Assembly (NCBI GenBank): GCA_002633005.1
Contig: NMRA01000431.1
Location: 63,768 to 120,500, forward strand
DNA: 56,733 nucleotides
Direction of reading: 5' to 3'
DNA from: Phoronis australis
Taxonomy: Eukaryota > Animalia > Phoronida
The position numbers and the translations under genes were made by a program. Below the pieces are notes generated by a model. The model searched no databases. It was not told the DNA's origin and worked only from the letters and a program-made list of their open reading frames with translations. Within the stretch, counting starts at the first letter, position 1. Each line of letters opens with the position of its first letter. Below are positions 49,854 to 56,733 of the stretch, in pieces.

Positions 49854-50810
49854 GTCTTGATGTAATAGTGGATGAAAAAGCTTGATGATCGCCACAACCC
49901 AATACACAGATTAAGTTGTCTGGACAGCAGAAATACTGTCCAATTTTTCTAAAGCAGTCCAGGTGACAATTTGTACAAAAAGAAGAATCTACATTGTATG
50001 TTCTGGAGCAAGAATGGCGATTTTAAAGTGAAATTATGTAATGTACGGGAATTAGTAATGGTGAGCTACATTTATTCAAAATGTAAATAAATCTGTATTG
50101 ACAAAAAGATATCAAATCCAAATTGATTTACGCGACAATAGACTATCCGACGTATACTGTACTTCACAGCGCCCTCGTGTGATCAGAATGACGCTGCTAG
50201 TACTGCAGTGGTAATAAAAAGCTCTCAAGACTACAAATCCAGTATGAGGCACATGACTGAAATAGTAGAGTAAAACTTGTACAAGTATGGCTTACATAGT
50301 TGAATCAACTCAACTTGTAGATTAATGGTATTGGAACTGGTTAACAATTTTTTTCCAGTGCTGTACATTTATCCAGTTAGCTAGTAAGTGAACTTGCCTC
50401 TTCAGATAGAAAAGGGATTTTGTCATAAGTTGAACTTGACCTTTGCTAGTTTTACTGTTATTAAAGCAGCTATAAACAAACGTTCCATCCAAGAAGCAAA
50501 CTTTTGAGTTCGACCACTTACCACTGTAACATTGGTCTCTGCTTTGTTCATTAACTTACTTGGATGAGAAGTGATTTTTGGGTTTGCAAATAAATGACAG
50601 TTGGTTATTCTTCGAGACCATAACGCGACACATCCAGACAAGCCAACCTGTAGAGCCAGGGCAGATTTCAGTAACGCTAGGACCTTACAAGAAAAGCAAG
50701 GCTTCACGAGATTACACGAGGCGTTACCACGTAGGCTTTACGTGGCAACACCTGATTTTGGCTAGATTTTCTAACCCCAAGACAACTATTGAACTCTACC
50801 CAGATCTCAA

Positions 50811-50952
50811 CATGGGCGGCGTAGCACTGAAAAAAAGTGGGGGGCTATAGCTCCCAGCCCCCCTGTAGACCCCATAGACCATGGCGCTACGGTAGAACTG
50901 AAAAAAGTGGGGGCTATGCCCCCCCCCATCCCCCTATGGTGCGCCGCCCATG
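50811..50952. mobile_element. MITE with 5-bp TSD
   Basis: CATGGGCGGCG...CGCCGCCCATG with CTCAA on both sides. Confidence 0.82.
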
Positions 50953-51593
50953 CTCAAGCAACAACAAACTGTTCATTCAAAGCTATGAAATCAACTCCAA
51001 TTTTAACAATTTGAGACCAGAAGTGGTTTAAATCAAAAGATGTTTTTTTTTGTGTTGGGAATTTATACTAAAATTTTATTTAAGAAACATATTTGATAAC
51101 AAAGGTGGCCAATTACCTAAAACAATATTCAAAAGGGATCAGATGATGCATCACCAGATTTTTTAAGCTGTTAACCAGGGTTCTGTCAAAGAAACTAAGT
51201 TTTGATAGAGCATCTGTCACTACAAAACGGGTCTGCACTAGTTTCTTACCCAGTATGAAAAGTGATTTCTGAGCTTGTCAAGAGCTGACAGTTCATTTAG
51301 CTTGAGGCTAGGTTTGGCACACAAGATGTCCTGCTGTGATCAGATCTACTTGTTGAGACTGTTGTCAATGACTGACATCAAATTTGACCAAAGAGCGAGT
51401 TGATAACATAGTAAGAGGTCTAAATCCAACACTTGTTGATAGATAGCAGGTTTCTTGCACCTTTTCACGCCATTTGACTGAGTATCAACAGCTTTGTTGA
51501 CATGCTTATGATGATACTACAAAAACGGATCAAAAGTTCAAGATCATAAACCATAAAGTTAGATCAAAAAGGCTGATGTGTCTAAAATTGCTG

Positions 51594-52739
51594 TCAGACC
51601 ATTTTACTATTGATCAGTTCAAATTCTTCCCGTCGTCTAACAGTAAGTGACCTTCTTCGAAATCGGACAACCAATAAAAACAGAGCAAGGCCAACAATGC
51701 GCACAATTGTTAGCCTCAAGCAGACGTCTGTGAAATAAAACCAGTAATAGTAGTCCAAGCTCCTAGTGCACATGTGCCTATGCTTGTAGTAAATGTCTTT
51801 AAAAGCGTGAAGTTCTTCAGCTGTTGTAAACAACTTGAGAGCAGCAGTATGTACGATGGCACTGCTTAAGTTTAAGTCATTTTTCATGCTATAATTCTGT
51901 GCATATTTCAAGAACTTCTTAACTGTAGGCTGTCGCCAGAATTTCACATTACTTATTTCGAAGCTATCATGAAAAGCTTCGTTCTCCTTTACTCCCTGCA
52001 TTAAATTAGATTTCTTAATTTTGTTCTCTTTGACAAACTTTTCTACTAGAAATTTTACATCATTTGAACATTGACTTTTCTCAGTCACCACGAGTGTGTA
52101 GCCATATAGTTGTTTATGACTTTTCATATAAGAAAAGAGATCATAGCCAGTTGCATGAAATAACATTGAGTCATCGTCCATTTTCCATAAGTAGTCCACA
52201 TTATCAAATACAGGGTGGTCAAAAACCTCTGCCATGTGAAAAAGGTTCCACTGGTGATCATGAACATTCCTTAAACAATTCTGAACTGGTGCACTTTCAA
52301 CTTTTAGGTCATCTTGTAGCAGTGATGCATTGACTTGCTGGAAGAAGACGGGAGAACTGCTTCTTATTTTTATATCAACCATGTGCCAGTTTGGAAAATG
52401 GTTGTCATGAAATATCACCACAGGATACTGGTAGTGATTTGTGAAAAAGTTTTCAAGACGCCGTAAAGAGTAATGCTTCAGTCTGTAGACAGCATCTTCA
52501 TCTGAAGAGACTGCAAAGTATATTACAGCATGGGGCCGTCCAGTAAACTTCCATGAGTTCATGAGACGATTGAAACCACCAAGTTCCAATGTTGAGTCTA
52601 TGCTGCGTCGAGTGAGGTGGCTTGAGATGTTGAATACGACTTCTCCAAACAATTCATAGAAACTGTATCCAACGAACAAACCGAGTGACACCATGACCAA
52701 GGCACTTCCAAAGCGCAGTAGTTTCCATCTTAAAGACAT
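51594..52739 (-). CDS. Divergent glycosyltransferase family 15 (KRE2/MNT1 alpha-1,2-mannosyltransferase-like) protein, 381 aa, single coding exon
   Basis: Intact ORF; minus-strand acceptor ttttacag|aaaATG (exon starts 52742); GT15-like blocks SLRRLENFF..YPVVIFHD, FDHPVFDNVDYLWKMDDDS, YDLFSYM..YGY, DSFEISNVKFWR, LHAFKDIYYKH; hydrophobic segments at both termini; AATAAA on - strand at ~51075-51080. Confidence 0.8.
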   Translation of the reverse strand: MSLRWKLLRFGSALVMVSLGLFVGYSFYELFGEVVFNISSHLTRRSIDSTLELGGFNRLMNSWKFTGRPHAVIYFAVSSDEDAVYRLKHYSLRRLENFFTNHYQYPVVIFHDNHFPNWHMVDIKIRSSSPVFFQQVNASLLQDDLKVESAPVQNCLRNVHDHQWNLFHMAEVFDHPVFDNVDYLWKMDDDSMLFHATGYDLFSYMKSHKQLYGYTLVVTEKSQCSNDVKFLVEKFVKENKIKKSNLMQGVKENEAFHDSFEISNVKFWRQPTVKKFLKYAQNYSMKNDLNLSSAIVHTAALKLFTTAEELHAFKDIYYKHRHMCTRSLDYYYWFYFTDVCLRLTIVRIVGLALFLLVVRFRRRSLTVRRREEFELINSKMV

Positions 52740-53612
52740 TTTCTGTAAAATAAAAAAATAAAGTTGTTTTAGTGTTGAGTCAGGACAGCATAACACAGGC
52801 GCAGACAGCTGGCATTTAGAGTGCCAGTTTCGTCTCAGTACTGAATGATAGGTACACCCGATGACGGGCTTGCAGTTATTAATAATAAATTAATTAGAAT
52901 CACACAAGTACAGAGAAATAACAGAACATAAAAACACAAGACAAAAGTACAAGTGCCAAGACTAATAACATAAAAACTTGTGATTGCCAGGTTCTCATCA
53001 GGAATGATTATATTTGACCACAGATACTAGTTAGTTTATGATTTAACTAGTGCGGGGAATGTTTACAAAAGACACATCAACTCTTCCCATACGAAAAGAC
53101 AATGTTTGCCGAATAAGAACAGGTTTATGCATTGCCAGTGCTTCCTAGTTAGTAGATTCGGTTAGCTCAGTGTGCTGGCCTAGTTCAGACGGTTGGATTG
53201 TCAGTGACTTCCAAGTCTCATCACTAAGGATACTGCTAAGTGTAGTGCTAACACCTGCACCTCTAGACACTCAGCACCGACTGGGCTGGCTATCCAGCCC
53301 CGGCCTTACTGGACTTTAATTGAGGTGAGAGTGACAAGACGATCGGAAGCTGAGGACGACTAACGAGTACCTACGTATAGACAAAACAACACTGGACGGC
53401 CTGGGCTCAGCCTCAGTCAATTGGTGACGTACTAAGCTGATGCAGGTAAGACAATTGGTAAAAAGCAGAATGGAATCACACAAATAATATTTTTGCGGCT
53501 TATGTCAGTCAGACACTACCAGATTAAGCCACGGCACCATAGACATAGTACATGACGGCACCATAGTCATACACTATATATATGTTGTCTATAATCTACG
53601 CCTACGGCACTG

Positions 53613-53676
53613 TAGGCAATGACCATCGCCTCTGTTGGCCCGAAGCAGAGGCGATGGTCATTGCCTAACAACCCTA
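53613..53676. mobile_element. 64-bp collapsed derivative of the AcademH-like element
   Basis: 55-bp hairpin made of the termini of 21573-22461 plus ACAACCCTA, flanked by 9-bp ACGGCACTG repeats. Confidence 0.8.
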
Positions 53677-54779
53677 ACGGCACTGAAGACTATCAATGCT
53701 ACATCTATTCTAAGCCGTAAACTGCTAGTAGGAGGCCTAGTAGTATTTTAGTGAAAGTACCACATNATATAGCAAAATACATTCAATAAATCGTGAAAAG
53801 TTGCCGATTCTACAAGATTGTTCAATTTTGAGATTTTTTAAAGTTTAAAATTACTTTTTTGAATATGCATTTACTAATACAGGAGCATTAATGTTTCAGT
53901 GACCTTTCTATGATGATGTTATGACATCCTGAAAGTTTCAGAGTTCTATGTGTGTCCTTTTTTAAAATATAGGGTCTTGAAGTTGCACTCAGAGTGAAAA
54001 ACGCAGCGTCACAAACCAGAAAAAAACTAAGTCGAGTTGTTTTTTTCCAATTTTGAACACCTTAGTAATCATCACAGGTACAACTTATCACAAATTTAGC
54101 TGATTAGTCTTAAAATACAAGACAGTAAGAACAAGTTAGCTCATTTTTAGCAGTTTATAAACTATATTGTTAAAATAATTCAAGCTTAAACTCTTGGTTG
54201 ACTACAATTCCGAATTTTAAACACCGAATTCCAGAAAAAGGGCCTATTTTTGGGCGACAAAAATGCCTGTAGCATCAAAANTGGTTGACCACAATTCCGA
54301 ATTTTAAACACCGAATTCCAGAAAAAGGGCCTATTTTTGGGCGACAAAAATGCCTGTAACATCAAAACCCCTCAACCGTTTTTAAAAATTCAAAAAGCAG
54401 CAAATTATACTCAATGAGGGCTTTCATTTGAATGCCTCTTCATGTAATTTTGTTAAACTTGAAATTTTGGTTTGCTCACCCTACTATCAATGCTACATCT
54501 ATTCTAAGCCGTAAACTGCTAGTAGGAGGCCTAGTAGTATTTTAGTGAAAGTACCACATGCTAGTATGAACAACAGGCACTCGATCTCCCACGATCACCA
54601 GTAATGTTTCTTATAATGGTTGAGTCGTCGAGAAATTCGTCTGCCTGTGGTAAGAATGTTCAACTCGTAGACATCACATACATGTTCAACAAGAACGTTG
54701 TTCACACATTGGACACGAGGTGTCGCTTGTGGTAAACTACTTTGCGATTGTCGCTTTGAGTGAAAGACGCGTGAAAGAA

Positions 54780-54872
54780 ATGACTGCGTCCGAGCTTCAG
54801 CAATTGAAAGCTGAAGAGAAAATGCTGATTTCAATTGCAAGCAAGTTAAATGATCAATTGAATCGGTTGAAA
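54780..54872 (+). CDS. SNAPC5: snRNA-activating protein complex subunit 5 (SNAP19), first coding exon
   Basis: MTASELQQLKAEEKMLISIASKLNDQLNRLK|gtaagt matches the SNAPC5 N-terminal L..L..EE..L.....L.DQLNRLK(VEE) pattern; the next exon is not seen in the window. Confidence 0.88.
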
Positions 54873-55390
54873 GTAAGTTTGTGGATGCAAAGAGGAGGGG
54901 GGAGGTTGTCATGTGAAAGTCAAAGGCAGCCAATACGTAACCAAGGAGTGTAGGCTAGTATTCACCTCTTTCACGAACGCGGGGCGCTGCTGTCGTGTTG
55001 ATCGAAAACCAGGCCCCTTGACTGCAAGGTGTTGTGGTCAAAAGACTTATCAACGTTACCAAAAATCAAGTTGTCTGATGTTGAATCGATCTCCAAAAAA
55101 CATACCAATACTTACGGCAACTAGACTTTTACCCTCCTCAGCCATTCCTTAGTAGTTTTCCCTCTTTTGAAAAAGTGTGGAAGTCAGGGATATATAATAA
55201 TATACCCAGGCTTTTAGTTTTAGTCTTGAAAAACCCTGCTCGCCAGCTGGGCGAGTGCCGGAGCCAGAAAATCTACTCGCCAAGCGCGAAGTTCGGTCAC
55301 CCGGCCGTTGGCGCCAGTCACCACAAACTTGCTGCTAATTTAAATAAAAATCATCGTTTCGTGCACTGATGTCACCATCTATTAGGGCTA

Positions 55391-56498
55391 CCGTATTCGC
55401 TCTAATAAGTGCCCAGGGGGACTCTTTTTGTAGCCTACGGCAGTTAAAACCTGGTCTCCGAAACGGGTGAAATCGGAAGCTAGGATTCATCAAATTTACG
55501 CGCTGTGACGTATGTGTAACCTATGACAGACTAGCTACAAAACTGTGGTGCATTGCTATCAAACTCTGTTGTTAAATTACGATCTTTTTAAAAAAATCAT
55601 TGTGCTGAAATCCCAGGGCGAAAACTTGCCGACTGATGCGTCGCTGCTTTGCGATCGTCGATAGGGCAACTTGAATTCTTGAGTAAAAATAGTTTCGACT
55701 CAAATTACCTGAAATCCTCCCAAATAGCCTTTCCTAAGATTCTTGAGTTCCTGTGGACTCGGAGTTGGGATTAACCGCAGATTAAGTCAAAATCTGCGCT
55801 AGATCGCACCCCGCGACGAGAAAAATCTGGACGAACACATATGTTGTTGTCACGTGACGTTTGTATTGAAGTGAATCGGCTGGTGTGCACCGAGTGAGCG
55901 AGCGCGTGCGTGTCATCAGTGTTCATTTGCCAGAGTAGCAGGCCCAATGAGCTGTATAATGTAGTATATTTATCTCATTGAGCAGGCCCACATGTTATAT
56001 GTGGGCCCTAGCGCGCGCTTCTTGGCCAAGTTCCGATTCGCGGTTTTTATAATTTTTCGTGTACAAAACAATCTGGATTCCTGTTGTGGGAGAGGATCTG
56101 TACGGGAAAGATACAATACCAATCCCGTTGACCTGAGTACGCTGCGCCTGTTCTGATCAGGGCCAGACCATGTAGTGTGACACTTTCCTCGCAAGATCAG
56201 CAAATCTTTTGCATTCTTTTTGAAGCACTGCGGAATGGTTTGAAGTGTACAGCCACGGCTAAATACCGACATAGCGGCGAGGCTCGTGGTCTACTAGAAA
56301 TTACGCGCACAATGATTTTTCAGAGCTGTCGGATATTATTGATAAATTGAATACATTTACTGTAGAATTTTAGAACTGTGAGGTAAGACATTTTTCGCAC
56401 TGATATATACACATTCATGGACTGGGCGCTTATTTTAGCGAAGTCTGAAAACGAGTGGGGACGCTTATAGGGGCATGGGCGCTTATTAGGACGAATGT
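55391..56498. mobile_element. Mariner-like CCGTA element in SNAPC5 intron 1
   Basis: TA|CCGTATTCGCTCTAATAAGTGCCC...GGGCGCTTATTAGGACGAAT; colinear with 28996-30473. Confidence 0.82.
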
Positions 56499-56733
56499 TA
56501 TAAAAATAATTTTGGCTAAAATGACATTGTACATTACAATAAGAAATCAGTTCCATGAAATATGGTATTTTATTTGCTATGAGCACATGGACCGGTCTTC
56601 CACCTTTCTCCCCTTTTCTTCGTTTCGGACTAGTCCACAAATTCTTTGTGCACGACCACACACTGTGTTTTTTTGACGAATCGCGTAACGGGTGACATGT
56701 ACTGAATCGGTAGGGTCGCACTGCGCCGATGTT

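Noticed and set aside
52740-52796. N-terminal 19-aa extension of the 400-aa ORF
   Set aside because: It starts at a non-ATG codon and covers the pyrimidine tract and acceptor; the likely start is the ATG at 52739. Likewise the SNAPC5 and SR-B track ORFs run into UTR or intron sequence.
53689-54560. 77-bp exact direct repeat (53689-53765 / 54483-54559) and an 87-bp duplication around 54281
   Set aside because: Each junction coincides with a single N, typical of contig-overlap or haplotype-merging artefacts; not LTRs or a TSD.

Overview
Repeat-rich, intron-containing eukaryotic DNA, probably from a bilaterian marine invertebrate (species cannot be determined from the sequence). Genes: two tandem + strand paralogs of the SRSF4/5/6 (SRp40/SRp55/B52) splicing factor (paralog A 2350-13244, first coding exon outside the window; paralog B 28063-40919, complete CDS); a - strand divergent GT15 (KRE2/MNT1-like) glycosyltransferase with an intronless CDS (51594-52739); and, head-to-head with it, the first coding exon of SNAPC5 (54780-54872). 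The most interesting signal is a ~400-nt non-coding block shared by both SR paralogs in the same intron (between the SWQ and DLKD exons), where I see no other shared intronic sequence apart from transposons. It has conserved splice signals and in-frame stops, and looks like an AS-NMD poison exon kept after duplication. Paralog A also has two candidate 9-nt microexons. The rest is transposon-derived: nested MITEs with readable TIRs and TSDs (Harbinger-, Merlin-, mariner-, Academ- and hAT-like, the last with atypical 5-6 bp TSDs), Helentron-associated elements carrying arrays of CTCF-like motifs, and decayed Gypsy and CR1-type retroelements. Most ORFs in the supplied track are spurious. All family assignments are by eye; no database search was run.
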